IMG/VR virus record: IMGVR_UViG_3300046006_001304
DNA from: a virus
Taxonomy: Duplodnaviria; Heunggongvirae; Uroviricota; Caudoviricetes
Length of the DNA stretch: 64,000 nt
Reading direction: 5' to 3' (one strand)
Below are positions 39,056 to 49,386 of this stretch, piece after piece (position 1 is the first letter of the stretch; every line of letters starts with the position of its first letter). Below the pieces are notes generated by a model. That model was not told where the DNA came from, did no database searches, and worked only from the letters and a program-made list of their open reading frames with translations. A program made the position numbers and the translations under genes.

Positions 39056-39620
39056 TATATGGAACTGGTCTCCAACCTAACCGATTAAGATCTAACTCAA
39101 TTTCTTCAGTGACTTGACCTTCGGGTACGTAATCACGGCCGGCAGGGTCCGCAGTAGGTTCATAATGATCTAAACCAAAACCAGCTTCTTTATTACCAAT
39201 ACCGCTACAGTACCAATCAATGTAGTCGCCCTTTTCTTGCATATCGGCAATTATACCACCAGCATGTCTCCAACTGCATGACCAAGTTTCGCCCTTCATC
39301 TCTTGCCAAAACTCTCTGCTTTGCCAATCCATGTTACACATTGCGGCATACAAATTTTGCGCATAGTTGTCAGACTCTTTAACCTTATCACATAGTTCTT
39401 TACTACTACGGAGGTCGTACTCCATGTTGTTCTTTTGCCAAGCGGGATCGTGAATCTTGTTAGCTTCATCAATCTTGATCTGATCCCACATGTCAATGTA
39501 TGCTTGGTTAGGCTCTTCACCCTTTTCTTCTGCCCGCTTGATTGCGCCTTCTTTTTGAAAAGTATTTCGCTCAGGACTTGATGCTACTTTTTTCATTAAT
39601 GGAAACTGCCTTGGAAACAA
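39042..39620 (-). CDS. Hypothetical Trp/Asp-rich protein (192 aa)
   Basis: Long ORF. Confidence 0.45.
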   Translation of the reverse strand: MFPRQFPLMKKVASSPERNTFQKEGAIKRAEEKGEEPNQAYIDMWDQIKIDEANKIHDPAWQKNNMEYDLRSSKELCDKVKESDNYAQNLYAAMCNMDWQSREFWQEMKGETWSCSWRHAGGIIADMQEKGDYIDWYCSGIGNKEAGFGLDHYEPTADPAGRDYVPEGQVTEEIELDLNRLGWRPVPYSDDK

Positions 39621-39916
39621 TGTCGGACTTCGTGACCTACATCGTGAAGGGTAGGAGTGTTACTAGTAATAATAGTACAGACATTGCCTTCCCAAAAAGA
39701 GCAAGCATATACAGTATAACCAAACCCACCTAACTTACGTTTTTTACTTTCAACTTCACAGGTAGCTTGTACGTTGGACACCCGCAACCAAGTGATAGTT
39801 GATTTTTCTATATTAAGAGTACGGGCATTAAATGGTTTTTCGGGATTAGCCCAATCTGGCTTTGCCATGGCTGATAAACTTACTACTGCTAAAAGTATTG
39901 CTAGTGCCTTTTTCAT
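39596..39916 (-). CDS. Secreted small protein with signal peptide (106 aa)
   Basis: MKKALAILLAVVSLSAMA. Confidence 0.45.
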   Translation of the reverse strand: MKKALAILLAVVSLSAMAKPDWANPEKPFNARTLNIEKSTITWLRVSNVQATCEVESKKRKLGGFGYTVYACSFWEGNVCTIITSNTPTLHDVGHEVRHCFQGSFH

Positions 39917-39940
39917 ATAAACCTCTGTGTGTAGTTAAAA

Positions 39941-40050
39941 TGGTGTAGACGGTAGGATTCGAACCTACAAAGTCGCCCTAAGGGCTAGACCCTATCCCTC
40001 CGTTCGCCGAAGCTACTAGGAGGAGGTATACCAAGTTCCACTCACGTCCA
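39941..40050 (-). tRNA. tRNA-like element ~110 nt (canonical T-arm GTAGG-TTCGAAT-CCTAC, 7-bp acceptor GTGGACG/CGTCTAC, discriminator A, encoded CCA)
   Basis: T-loop, acceptor pairing and CCA read directly. The D and anticodon arms could not be folded canonically and the length exceeds type-II tRNAs. Possible insertion/intron or degenerate tRNA. Confidence 0.35.
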
Positions 40051-40125
40051 CATAATAATTATATAGTCGTTTCTACCAAATGTCAACCATCTTTGAAATA
40101 AATATTCAAAATAAAGTGAGCCAAA

Positions 40126-40980
40126 ATGAAAATTGAATACCCGTACAACGATTGGACACCAGTAGTTTTTGGTGATGTTAGGACCTTTACCGATGCTGAC
40201 ATACAACAGTTAGGGGTTGCTCTAGCTGAAGAAATTATGGTCTTATTCAGAGGCCAAACCTTAACTCCCCAAGAAGAAGTTGATTTTGGTGCTCGATTTG
40301 GCACCTTAGAAGACAAATCGATTGTTAATGCTAAAAACAAACGAGCAATTAATATTGACGGTATGGGCGGGCTAATTAGTCGGGTAACTGGCAAATTGAA
40401 TGAAGACGGAATGCCGGGAATACACGGCGGTGTATCTGCGTTAGATTGGCACTGTAATAGAGCTTGGGATAAGAACAGAGATCCTGTTGTGTATTTGTAC
40501 AGCGTCGAAGGTAGCGCAGGAAGTAAGACCAGCTGGGGGAATTATGTAAAAGCATATAACGAATTACCTCAGGAGTGGAAAGATCGACTTGCCAATCTTA
40601 AAGTTAAGACTGCCCAAACATACAGTAAGTATTCTGAGATGGGGAAATATTTTGGAGTTCCAGATCAACCAAGTAATTGGTCAGTTAATATTATTACAAA
40701 AAATCCTGCGGGGAAAACTGTTATATTCTTTCCGTGGAATCAAATGGATGGCATTGCGGATGTATCCCCTGAAGAAGATAAAGAAATTACCGACTTCTTA
40801 ATAAATTATCTACTACAAGAAAAATTCACTTACCATCACGATTGGGAAGACGGTGATATCATTATTGCTGACCAGTGGAGCGGAATGCACAAACGCTGGG
40901 AATTTGAAAAGATGGCAGAACGAGTTTTACATAGAATGGCATTCAACTATGATAAAATTCGCCTGCCAAATCAAACTTAA
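40126..40980 (+). CDS. TauD/TfdA-family Fe(II)/2-oxoglutarate dioxygenase-like protein
   Basis: 284 aa. LDWHCNRA (HxD-type) ... SKTSWGNYVKAYNELPQEWKDRL ... C-terminal His region, parallel to the TauD motif order. Paralogue of 58669..59544. Confidence 0.55.
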   Translation: MKIEYPYNDWTPVVFGDVRTFTDADIQQLGVALAEEIMVLFRGQTLTPQEEVDFGARFGTLEDKSIVNAKNKRAINIDGMGGLISRVTGKLNEDGMPGIHGGVSALDWHCNRAWDKNRDPVVYLYSVEGSAGSKTSWGNYVKAYNELPQEWKDRLANLKVKTAQTYSKYSEMGKYFGVPDQPSNWSVNIITKNPAGKTVIFFPWNQMDGIADVSPEEDKEITDFLINYLLQEKFTYHHDWEDGDIIIADQWSGMHKRWEFEKMAERVLHRMAFNYDKIRLPNQT

Positions 40981-42335
40981 TCTTTAGAAAACTTCCTTGA
41001 CAACAGGTATCCAATTAAAGGAATACCTAGTCCACACAGCATAGCATATAAATCAAACTCGGGAGTTTTAGTCATCTTTGATTGTATTGAAAAATACAAG
41101 GCCGATGCTATTCCTAAAATTGACGAGTAGAAAATCCAGTTTTCACTTAACTTTCTATCTAGTGCGTGTAATACTAGCGGCACAAACATAGTGGCTCTAA
41201 CAGCAGACATTAATACAAATAGCGTCCAGATATCAATCTTAAGCCACGACACTAACCAGACCGCAATTAAAAATCCAAACATGAACAGTCTAGATACTCC
41301 AACGCTTTCTTTGTGGGTCCAGTCAATTGACCCTAGACTTGCGATATAGTTTAACGCTGAATCAATAACAGTAGATGCTTGTCCAATTAGTAAAATACCA
41401 AATATTAATAATCCACCTACACCTACATAGGTTCCGATGCTAGTTAACGTAGCAAAGTCTGGAGAAGTTATAGCAATACCGTTACTAAATGCTAGTAAAC
41501 TTAGTGATCCAAGAAAAAACACAATTACAGCAAACACCGCAGATGCTGTCAAGTAACTGGGTATAATATTTTCTCGGGGCATACTAAATGCCTTTTGCCA
41601 CATCATACCGTGACTAGTTGCTCCTACAATCATTGTAATAACGTAGGTAATACCAAACGTGGTTAAGAATTTCCAATCTAGTACAGATTCAAGATTGTTC
41701 TGCCCTAGTGTAAAAATTCCATTGTCAGTAGCATTCATACCGATGATAGCACATGTTACAAAGAATATTACCCACGCAGCCGATTGAAATGCTCCGGAGA
41801 ACACACTGGTCCTAATACCGCCACGCATAGTGAATACCAATGTAATAACACCCACAGCTAGCGTAGCGTAGTAAGGGGCAATAGAATTGATTCCAGCAAA
41901 TGCCCAAAACTTTTCAATCGCAATAAACGCTAACAAGATTGCGTAAAATGATACTAAGATAAAGTCTAATTGATACAAGCCGCTAAGACGTTTGCTAAAA
42001 TTATCTTGAATGTATTTTGTTAACGAATACCCGTCTGGATACTTGTTCCTGATCTTGTATGATATTAATCCAACAACCGCAATGCTTAGGGCGTTAGGAA
42101 TTACAAACCAAATTAGTCCATATAATCCCCATTTGTAAGCAACCGCTGGTCCAACAAACATTGCAATGGCAAAGAACCAGTGGCTACAAATAGCCAAACT
42201 TGATTCGGCAATTCGTAGTGATCGATTAGCAAATAAAAAATTGGTAAACGTAGAGCTCCATTGTTTACCTAATATAAATGTAGTCCCTAAAATACCCAAT
42301 AAAAATATTAATGAGTAGGTAGTTAAGTGTTCCAT
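40977..42335 (-). CDS. Multi-pass membrane transporter (SSS/APC-like, ~12-13 TM)
   Basis: 452 aa, almost entirely hydrophobic helices. Confidence 0.55.
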   Translation of the reverse strand: MEHLTTYSLIFLLGILGTTFILGKQWSSTFTNFLFANRSLRIAESSLAICSHWFFAIAMFVGPAVAYKWGLYGLIWFVIPNALSIAVVGLISYKIRNKYPDGYSLTKYIQDNFSKRLSGLYQLDFILVSFYAILLAFIAIEKFWAFAGINSIAPYYATLAVGVITLVFTMRGGIRTSVFSGAFQSAAWVIFFVTCAIIGMNATDNGIFTLGQNNLESVLDWKFLTTFGITYVITMIVGATSHGMMWQKAFSMPRENIIPSYLTASAVFAVIVFFLGSLSLLAFSNGIAITSPDFATLTSIGTYVGVGGLLIFGILLIGQASTVIDSALNYIASLGSIDWTHKESVGVSRLFMFGFLIAVWLVSWLKIDIWTLFVLMSAVRATMFVPLVLHALDRKLSENWIFYSSILGIASALYFSIQSKMTKTPEFDLYAMLCGLGIPLIGYLLSRKFSKD

Positions 42336-42375
42336 GTCAAATCCTTTTAAGTGGAATATTTATAGCGATAAGTAG

Positions 42376-43308
42376 TTGATGTACGCACATTATGGAATCA
42401 ACTACGATCCGACCAACTTTAAAATCTGGTATTCTCATTGCCAACGTCCGTCAGCTACGTGGACAGAGGAGATTAAAAAATCTGCTCAAATGTTAGCAGA
42501 CTCAACTGATCGAGATATATGGATATGTATGAGTGGCGGAATTGATAGCGAAGTTGTTGCTAAAACATTTAAAGATTTGGGAATACCATTTCGTGCGTTA
42601 ATAGCTCAGTTTCCAGACAAGTTAAACGAGCATGACATTGTGTATGCTCGTCGATGGTGCGAGTATCACAATGTTGAATATAAATTGTTTGACTTTGACA
42701 TGCTGAACTTTATAAAACAAGGCCACACTAAGTATCTTAAAGATGGACTAGTATCCAATAATATCTTTAGGTATTTTTGTATAGAGATGTTACAATGTAT
42801 TGAAGACATGAACGGTTTTGGAATACTAGGTGGAAAGAGTGTTGGACTTGGGCTATTACAAAAAGATAAAGATATTGTAGATCCCAACAATGATCCAATT
42901 TACGACAGTTATGATATTGGATCATTAGCACCAATAGAATGGTGCCGTAGAAACAATCTTAATCATTGTGTTTTCTTTTATCAAACAAGTTCAGAAATAC
43001 ACAAGGCTTACTTAAATGATCCTATCAATCAAATGTTAATCAATAATCCCTATATGTTGCGAGCTTCATCAGCTAACGAAGCCGCCAAGACATTAATGAT
43101 GAGATCACATTTTCCGTTTACTGTGCCAAGAACAAAGCATCATGGCTTTGAAAAAATTATGGGTATTAGGGAAGAAGCACAGAAAAATATGGCTAGGTAC
43201 TTTGGTCTTGATCCAGAGACTGATAACAAACGTTTTAAGTTTGTATTTTACAATGACCATATATCTATTCCCATAGGACACGTATTGGACCAATTACATT
43301 ATGAATAA
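42376..43308 (+). CDS. PP-loop ATP pyrophosphatase (adenine-nucleotide alpha-hydrolase superfamily) paralogue 1
   Basis: DIWICMSGGIDSEVVAK (SGGxDS P-loop-like motif). 310 aa, no glutaminase domain. Confidence 0.65.
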   Translation: MMYAHYGINYDPTNFKIWYSHCQRPSATWTEEIKKSAQMLADSTDRDIWICMSGGIDSEVVAKTFKDLGIPFRALIAQFPDKLNEHDIVYARRWCEYHNVEYKLFDFDMLNFIKQGHTKYLKDGLVSNNIFRYFCIEMLQCIEDMNGFGILGGKSVGLGLLQKDKDIVDPNNDPIYDSYDIGSLAPIEWCRRNNLNHCVFFYQTSSEIHKAYLNDPINQMLINNPYMLRASSANEAAKTLMMRSHFPFTVPRTKHHGFEKIMGIREEAQKNMARYFGLDPETDNKRFKFVFYNDHISIPIGHVLDQLHYE

Positions 43309-43948
43309 CCCTCAGATATTATTTGCGCTCAGTAGTTTCCATAGTTTTGATTCACGGCTATTGGTAATATCTGATCGTGTATCAATATTAGAATGGCTTC
43401 GAGAAACTATTCCAACATATGAGTTTAGAGTTACTACAAACTTGTTGCCAATGAATGGTTACACTAAAGAACTTACATATACTAATAGTCACCTTTATAA
43501 GACTATAGATCAGAATGTAATGTTACAGAGTAATGCTAACAGCGAGATTGTAGAAATGAGCAACTTATGCAGATCGTGGTACGAAGGTTATATTAAAATT
43601 AATAACACAATTAGTCATCAGCGCAAACATTTGGGCGCCATGTGGATGTTTTCCTTACAAGATGTAGTGTACCAAGAAAAAGTTAAAGAAGCAGAAAAAG
43701 TATTAAACAACCAAACGGAAGATTTGAAATTCCTTCCATCAGAAGCAGGTTATAAAAAGATGTCTCTTCGAGAGCTAGCCGACCGAGTATTAGTAGAACA
43801 CGAAATTGCGATGGGCTTCCTAGCAAGAACTGAACACTTGCGAGTCAAGTGGCTTGACACTTTGAAAGCATCAACTAGCATTGCTAAACACAAAGAGATC
43901 CTAGTAGGGTTTAATAGAGAATTATATGAATACCATCTCATGTCCTAA
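43301..43948 (+). CDS. Hypothetical protein (215 aa)
   Basis: Translationally coupled ORF inside the island. Confidence 0.45.
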   Translation: MNNPQILFALSSFHSFDSRLLVISDRVSILEWLRETIPTYEFRVTTNLLPMNGYTKELTYTNSHLYKTIDQNVMLQSNANSEIVEMSNLCRSWYEGYIKINNTISHQRKHLGAMWMFSLQDVVYQEKVKEAEKVLNNQTEDLKFLPSEAGYKKMSLRELADRVLVEHEIAMGFLARTEHLRVKWLDTLKASTSIAKHKEILVGFNRELYEYHLMS

Positions 43949-45050
43949 TATTTTATTGTTTAACAGTATTGTAGCCGAGGAACAGTTTAGAGGGTTGCCC
44001 GGGGTACATCAGTGGTCTAAGACTAGAAAAATTTGGGGGCATAACGGCTCTATGATTGATCGCACTGGTGTAGTACAGTTGCCGTTTAAAACAGAATTTT
44101 TAGATTCTATGCGGATTCCAGACATCCCTCAGAATTTTTCAAAAACATTAGAACAATGTTGTGTTGAACACGCACGGACAATAGTCGACCAAGCAGTGGG
44201 TACAGATCAAACAATTTCTATACTATGGTCCGGCGGCATTGATTCTACATGTGCGGTGTCTAGTTTCTTAATGTGTACTACTGCCCAAGAACGCACCCGT
44301 ATCACAATCTTACTTAACAGAGAAAGCATTCTTGAAAATACTAAGTTTTATCAAACACACTTGGTAGGGAAATTAAATTGTAAAAGTAGCAACACTTGGG
44401 AATCATATATACGTCCAAATAACATATTTGTCACAGGTGAAGGTGGCGACCAGGTCTGCTGGAACGGGTTTACTAGAGCATCGGATACTATATTCAATGT
44501 ACTAGGATGGGATACGCTTAAACAGTTTGCCAGTGCCGACTTAATGATCAAGGTACTTGAAATGGTAAGCCTTGATAAAGAGTCGGCAACTATAGGGTAT
44601 GAGCGTGTGCTTGAACCCCTAAGGCAAAACTCAGTTGTTCCTGTAAATACAGTCGGCCAGCTATTATGGTATTTTAACTTTGCCGCTAAATGGCAAAACG
44701 TGTATCTTAGAACACTGCTAAACTTAGTAGACAACTCTGTCATAACTGATAACTATATAGCAACGAATTTTAAAATGTTTTTCCAAAGCAGTGATATACA
44801 AATTTGGACTATGTTAAACAATGAAAGCACAGTGTTAGTTAACAAGTTTACAGACATCAAGATGCCGTTAAAGCAAGTAACATATCAGTATGATAAAGAT
44901 GAATACTACAGAGAGCATAAAGTAAAAATTGGAAGTCTAGGACGATTATCACGTATGCGTCCTAATATAGGGTATTTAAAATCTAACTGGGAGTTTTCTC
45001 CAACAGTTGATATTGACCAGTATTACAATAACCAGAATAGTTTTATTTGA
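43926..45050 (+). CDS. PP-loop ATP pyrophosphatase paralogue 2
   Basis: ISILWSGGIDSTCAVSSF. Confidence 0.6.
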   Translation: MNTISCPNILLFNSIVAEEQFRGLPGVHQWSKTRKIWGHNGSMIDRTGVVQLPFKTEFLDSMRIPDIPQNFSKTLEQCCVEHARTIVDQAVGTDQTISILWSGGIDSTCAVSSFLMCTTAQERTRITILLNRESILENTKFYQTHLVGKLNCKSSNTWESYIRPNNIFVTGEGGDQVCWNGFTRASDTIFNVLGWDTLKQFASADLMIKVLEMVSLDKESATIGYERVLEPLRQNSVVPVNTVGQLLWYFNFAAKWQNVYLRTLLNLVDNSVITDNYIATNFKMFFQSSDIQIWTMLNNESTVLVNKFTDIKMPLKQVTYQYDKDEYYREHKVKIGSLGRLSRMRPNIGYLKSNWEFSPTVDIDQYYNNQNSFI

Positions 45051-46492
45051 TGAATAAAAAAGGTAAAGACATAATCATATGGACCGGCATTCCTAAAAGG
45101 TTGCCACAAAAGGTCATCGGGGCTTACCAAGTAGCACATTGGGTACGCCAGCACGGTTATACCGCACAAGTGATTGATCATATTCACAGATGGGACACTG
45201 AAACTATTGTGTCTATGACTGAGCACTTTATTGGTACTGAAACTGTAGCAGTTGGGCTTAGTGCTACATTTATGTTCACGGTAGGTGAAACTGTATCATA
45301 CAAAGATTCAGATATTCCAGAAGCTGCCTTTCCTCGAGCTATCGCAGTTCTAAAAGCCAAATATCCAAAGATTAAATTTATACTAGGTGGCGCAAGTGTA
45401 CGACTAGACTTGTACGAACATAGTGATTTGTTTGATATTAAGTTAGGTGGGTTTGGTGAAGAGACTATTATAGATACTATGGCTAAATTAAAGACCGGCG
45501 GTATACACAAGCGGCCACCGGATATATTTGATATTACTAAGGCATCGCATAGATGGCATAGTGATGACATTATCCAGCCAGGTGAGGCACTACCTATTGA
45601 GATTGGTCGAGGGTGTATTTTCAAATGTAAATTTTGTCGTTACAGATTAACAGGTAAAGCTAAAGGAACATACTTACGAAGTATGGATTGTATCAAAGAA
45701 GAGATTCTTGATAACTATGAGAAATTTGGAACAACTCGTTACTTTTTATTAGACGATACGTTTAATGAAGATGTTGATAAAATTACTGCTTGGTATAAGA
45801 TGTCCCAGTCTTTGCCTTTTAAAATTGAGTCAACTGCCTATACACGGGCTGACCTAGTGTGGTCAACTCCCGAAACAGCTCACATGCTACAAGAAGGTGG
45901 CCTAGTTAGTACGTTCCTTGGGATTGAATCATTCCATCCTAAAGCTAGTATGGCTGTGGGTAAGGGGTGGATGGGCAAGCACGGTAAAACTTGGTTGCCA
46001 CATCTTAAGGATGATTTATGGAAAGGCCAAATGTCCATAACTATGGGATTTATTGTAGGACTACCGGGTGAGCCAGTAGACAGTATGTACGAATCTCAAA
46101 AATGGTTAGTTGATAATAAAATTAACAGTTGGAGATTTAGAACTTTACAAATTACCCCTAACGCTCAAGATTACGATGACGTTAGCGAATTTGAAAGAGA
46201 CGTTGCAAAGTACGGTTATTCATTTCCATATGCTGATGATCCAAATAAATGGAAAACTGATATTATGGATAAGAATCGTGCTAACGAAATACAAGATGAC
46301 ATGTTAGCTAAATCTCGACCGTACATGCGCCACAGTTCTTGGGATCTGCCTGCTATGTTAAGTTTGGGGTATACCTGTGAAGATGTTCATATGAAATACT
46401 TTAATAATCCAATTTGGCAAACTAAGACTGATAGGATTCGACAGTTCTTAAAAACCTACAAGCAAATGATGTTTGCTATCGATGTAGTTTAA
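45047..46492 (+). CDS. Cobalamin-binding (class B) radical SAM enzyme, paralogue A
   Basis: N-terminal Rossmann-like region, then IEIGRGCIFKCKFCRY (CxxxCxxC). 481 aa. Confidence 0.75.
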   Translation: MMNKKGKDIIIWTGIPKRLPQKVIGAYQVAHWVRQHGYTAQVIDHIHRWDTETIVSMTEHFIGTETVAVGLSATFMFTVGETVSYKDSDIPEAAFPRAIAVLKAKYPKIKFILGGASVRLDLYEHSDLFDIKLGGFGEETIIDTMAKLKTGGIHKRPPDIFDITKASHRWHSDDIIQPGEALPIEIGRGCIFKCKFCRYRLTGKAKGTYLRSMDCIKEEILDNYEKFGTTRYFLLDDTFNEDVDKITAWYKMSQSLPFKIESTAYTRADLVWSTPETAHMLQEGGLVSTFLGIESFHPKASMAVGKGWMGKHGKTWLPHLKDDLWKGQMSITMGFIVGLPGEPVDSMYESQKWLVDNKINSWRFRTLQITPNAQDYDDVSEFERDVAKYGYSFPYADDPNKWKTDIMDKNRANEIQDDMLAKSRPYMRHSSWDLPAMLSLGYTCEDVHMKYFNNPIWQTKTDRIRQFLKTYKQMMFAIDVV

Positions 46493-47604
46493 AGTTTGCC
46501 TATAGTGAATGCTGGAGTTCTGCTTGATTTTAAAGAAGCACCCTCTCCATGATAGCTGTTGTTGATACCATCTAACAATCCATTGTAATGATACTTCCAT
46601 GCGTCAATAGTTCTTTCAAACTCTGGATTTTCATATAACCAAAAATCTCTATCAGTACGTGCAGCAGTAGTAGGCTTTCCAGCTTGAAACTTGTTTAAGT
46701 CCCATGTATCTTTGTAACAGATACGCTTGGTTAATTCGTTGTTATATTCTACTATAGTATTTCTATGATGTGCTAAGGGTTCGCGCCACATATATTGTTG
46801 AGCTGACGGGTTTTCTTTATAGAACAAAAACATTTGATATGCCATTTCAAAAGGTAACTCTGGCATAGATGGTGACCAGTAGAATGGTTCAAATGCGCCT
46901 ACAGAGTTTGACGCAATATGAAATGTTATGTCAGTAAAATACATACCAACCATTCCATCACCCCAAGTAGCAACAAACGGTTTATCAAATCCATAAATGC
47001 TAGCAACTGTTTTACCCTTGTCAAGCATACTAGTTGCCACCTTTGGCTTATTTAAATTTCTAAGTAATGCTCCTGCCCCCCAAAATACAGATGTTTCTAA
47101 AAATCTATTGTCAGTGTAATAGTGCTCGGATATATTTTCAGACCAATCGCCTATCTCAATATGTATCTCTGGGTGAGCTGAGCTGAGCCATTTGAGAGTT
47201 GGCTCGACAACAAGGTCCCACTCACTGAGCAAATTTTTAGCTGTTATATCTTGAGTGTTTGGAACATACACTCCGTTACGTATTGTGTGCTTAGGCCAAT
47301 TAACGTATATTTGATCTAATTTAATGCCATTGTTAATAAATGACATTAGAATAGTGTGACTATCTGCGCCGCCCGAATAAAATAATACTAGGTGATCGTA
47401 AGTATCTCTCAGTTGCTGAGCACGTTGCTTGTACAGCATGGACAACGATTGAGTACCCATAAGAGTTCTATCAAAGCTAGCAAACACATGATTATGCCAG
47501 TTCCATTTTATATCAGGACATCCGTTAGTACTAGCATACAATACTGCCTCTCTCTTATTAGTAAAGGTGGTATCTCCAACGGTCCATGTGCCCCAACTAC
47601 TCAT
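46489..47604 (-). CDS. PP-loop ATP pyrophosphatase paralogue 3
   Basis: HLVLFYSGGADSHTILMSF; N-terminus paralogous to 51815..52969. Confidence 0.65.
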   Translation of the reverse strand: MSSWGTWTVGDTTFTNKREAVLYASTNGCPDIKWNWHNHVFASFDRTLMGTQSLSMLYKQRAQQLRDTYDHLVLFYSGGADSHTILMSFINNGIKLDQIYVNWPKHTIRNGVYVPNTQDITAKNLLSEWDLVVEPTLKWLSSAHPEIHIEIGDWSENISEHYYTDNRFLETSVFWGAGALLRNLNKPKVATSMLDKGKTVASIYGFDKPFVATWGDGMVGMYFTDITFHIASNSVGAFEPFYWSPSMPELPFEMAYQMFLFYKENPSAQQYMWREPLAHHRNTIVEYNNELTKRICYKDTWDLNKFQAGKPTTAARTDRDFWLYENPEFERTIDAWKYHYNGLLDGINNSYHGEGASLKSSRTPAFTIGKL

Positions 47605-47606
47605 TG

Positions 47607-47912
47607 TTAGTTGATAGTTTCTGTAATTTCTGAAACAATTCCGTTAACTAAATTGTATTCTTGTCTCTCGGCCCAACCTAGCTTTGAAGTTCTTATTTCA
47701 TGATAGTTGGCATAATTTTCTACAGTGTCAAATACAATAGTAAAAATACGTGTATTATTGTCAACTACTTCCATGGCATTGCTCACGCATCCCGGTAGTA
47801 CTCGAATCTGTTCGTTAAATGTTTTAAGCATTTGGCTATTCTGTTCGCTAACTTCACCAAAAAATTGTGTGTTTGCTGGCTTAGTACTAGTGATTTTTAA
47901 TGTAACTGGCAT
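47607..47912 (-). CDS. Small hypothetical protein (101 aa), possibly Dabb/ABM-like
   Basis: ORF within the minus-strand operon of the island. Confidence 0.4.
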   Translation of the reverse strand: MPVTLKITSTKPANTQFFGEVSEQNSQMLKTFNEQIRVLPGCVSNAMEVVDNNTRIFTIVFDTVENYANYHEIRTSKLGWAERQEYNLVNGIVSEITETIN

Positions 47913-47943
47913 GTTACTGATCTCCTAAAAGTATATTTATCAG

Positions 47944-49386
47944 TCAGTAATTCATTGATCTGCTAAGATAGGTTGTGACTAATTGTTCGTTAAGATTGTC
48001 TTTAATGATTCGTTGATTCATTTCGTAGTATGTGGTGTTTAATACATCTTTATAACTAAATCCAAAATTTCTAATAGCAGAGAGATTCCATACACTGGGT
48101 ACTCGATGTTGCTCAGTACGTTGTTTAAACTTGTTACACCATGCTCCTGCTCTAGCTTCAGTCATAAAGTCAGTTTCCCATTTGCCGCCTACAAATCGAT
48201 ACCCGTGTTTTTCAGGCTCTCTTTCAAAATCACTCATTGCTAGAGTAGGTGACAAGTATAACTTGTTATAGTGAAAGTCGTGTACTCTTGATTTAAAATA
48301 CCATTCAGTTGAGTCGTCCCAATCTTTTTCAGTTTCCTGTCCGAGACCAGCTATCATAGAACATCTAACTATAACATCATCGCCCCATAGCTCTCCAATT
48401 TGCGTAAGCGCAGGTTTATAGTTCTTAGCACCCCACCCCTTACCAATCATGTTACACGATATTGGATCAAAAGATTCTATGCCAAAGTGACAGCTGACTA
48501 AACCAGACTCTGGCAATGATTCAAACTGTTCTGGCCAAATGTTTATTAAATCTAATCTAGCATATCCAATGTATTCTATTTTAAAAGGTAAGTCCTTGGT
48601 CATTTCAAAGAACTTCTGTGTACGTATACGATGTGCGTTTAACGTATCATCAGTAATATGATATCGTGTTGTTCCAAATAAATTGTAATTTGATATCAGA
48701 GATTCTCTAATACACTCCATCGATTTGTTAAAGTCATCCTTATCCTTGCCAATATTAGGGTATTGACAAAACTTGCATTTAAAAATACACCCCCTGCTTA
48801 ACTCTAATGGGAGAGATTCGCCTGGCAGTATAAAATCATTCTCGGCAAACTTCATAGTACAAGTTTGTATATCAAATGTGTTCACAGAGCTGGGATGAAA
48901 TACTCTATTACCGGAACCAATTTGAAATACTGGTGCTACTTCGTTTTTAAATACATGATTACAATACTCTAAAAAAGAATTTTCAGATTCATCTTTAAAA
49001 ACTGCGTCAACTTTAAAAGCAAGCCGTTTATGGCCATACCATAAAAATCCTCTAACAAACTGGCCTCCTATTACAATTTTAACCCACGGAAAATTGTCTT
49101 TGATTTCGTTAAGTATATCAAAGACAGGGCCTTCGCCCTCAGTAATAATTTGTGGACTGTCTAACATTACAAAGGGAGAAAATCCAACAATCTTTGTTTC
49201 TGTGGTTATATACTTTTTAAATAAAGCAAGACGTTGCTCACTAGTCATAAAATATAAAAAGTCTAACACTTGGGTACTGTAACCGTTAGTCCGTAGCCAC
49301 CAAGCAATTTGATAAGGCCCTAAGTATCGAACCTGGCGTAACGGATTAGTATCAGTTGTTAATATTACTACTTGCATTGCTGACAA
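47944..49386 (-). CDS. Cobalamin-binding (class B) radical SAM enzyme, paralogue B
   Basis: LELSRGCIFKCKFCQY; overall collinear with 45047..46492. Confidence 0.75.
   Translation of the reverse strand: MSAMQVVILTTDTNPLRQVRYLGPYQIAWWLRTNGYSTQVLDFLYFMTSEQRLALFKKYITTETKIVGFSPFVMLDSPQIITEGEGPVFDILNEIKDNFPWVKIVIGGQFVRGFLWYGHKRLAFKVDAVFKDESENSFLEYCNHVFKNEVAPVFQIGSGNRVFHPSSVNTFDIQTCTMKFAENDFILPGESLPLELSRGCIFKCKFCQYPNIGKDKDDFNKSMECIRESLISNYNLFGTTRYHITDDTLNAHRIRTQKFFEMTKDLPFKIEYIGYARLDLINIWPEQFESLPESGLVSCHFGIESFDPISCNMIGKGWGAKNYKPALTQIGELWGDDVIVRCSMIAGLGQETEKDWDDSTEWYFKSRVHDFHYNKLYLSPTLAMSDFEREPEKHGYRFVGGKWETDFMTEARAGAWCNKFKQRTEQHRVPSVWNLSAIRNFGFSYKDVLNTTYYEMNQRIIKDNLNEQLVTTYLSRSMNY

Noticed and set aside
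40977-42335. Assigning the 452-aa membrane protein to a specific transporter family or substrate
   Set aside because: Only overall hydrophobicity and helix count can be read. There is no diagnostic signature, so it is left as a generic multi-pass transporter.
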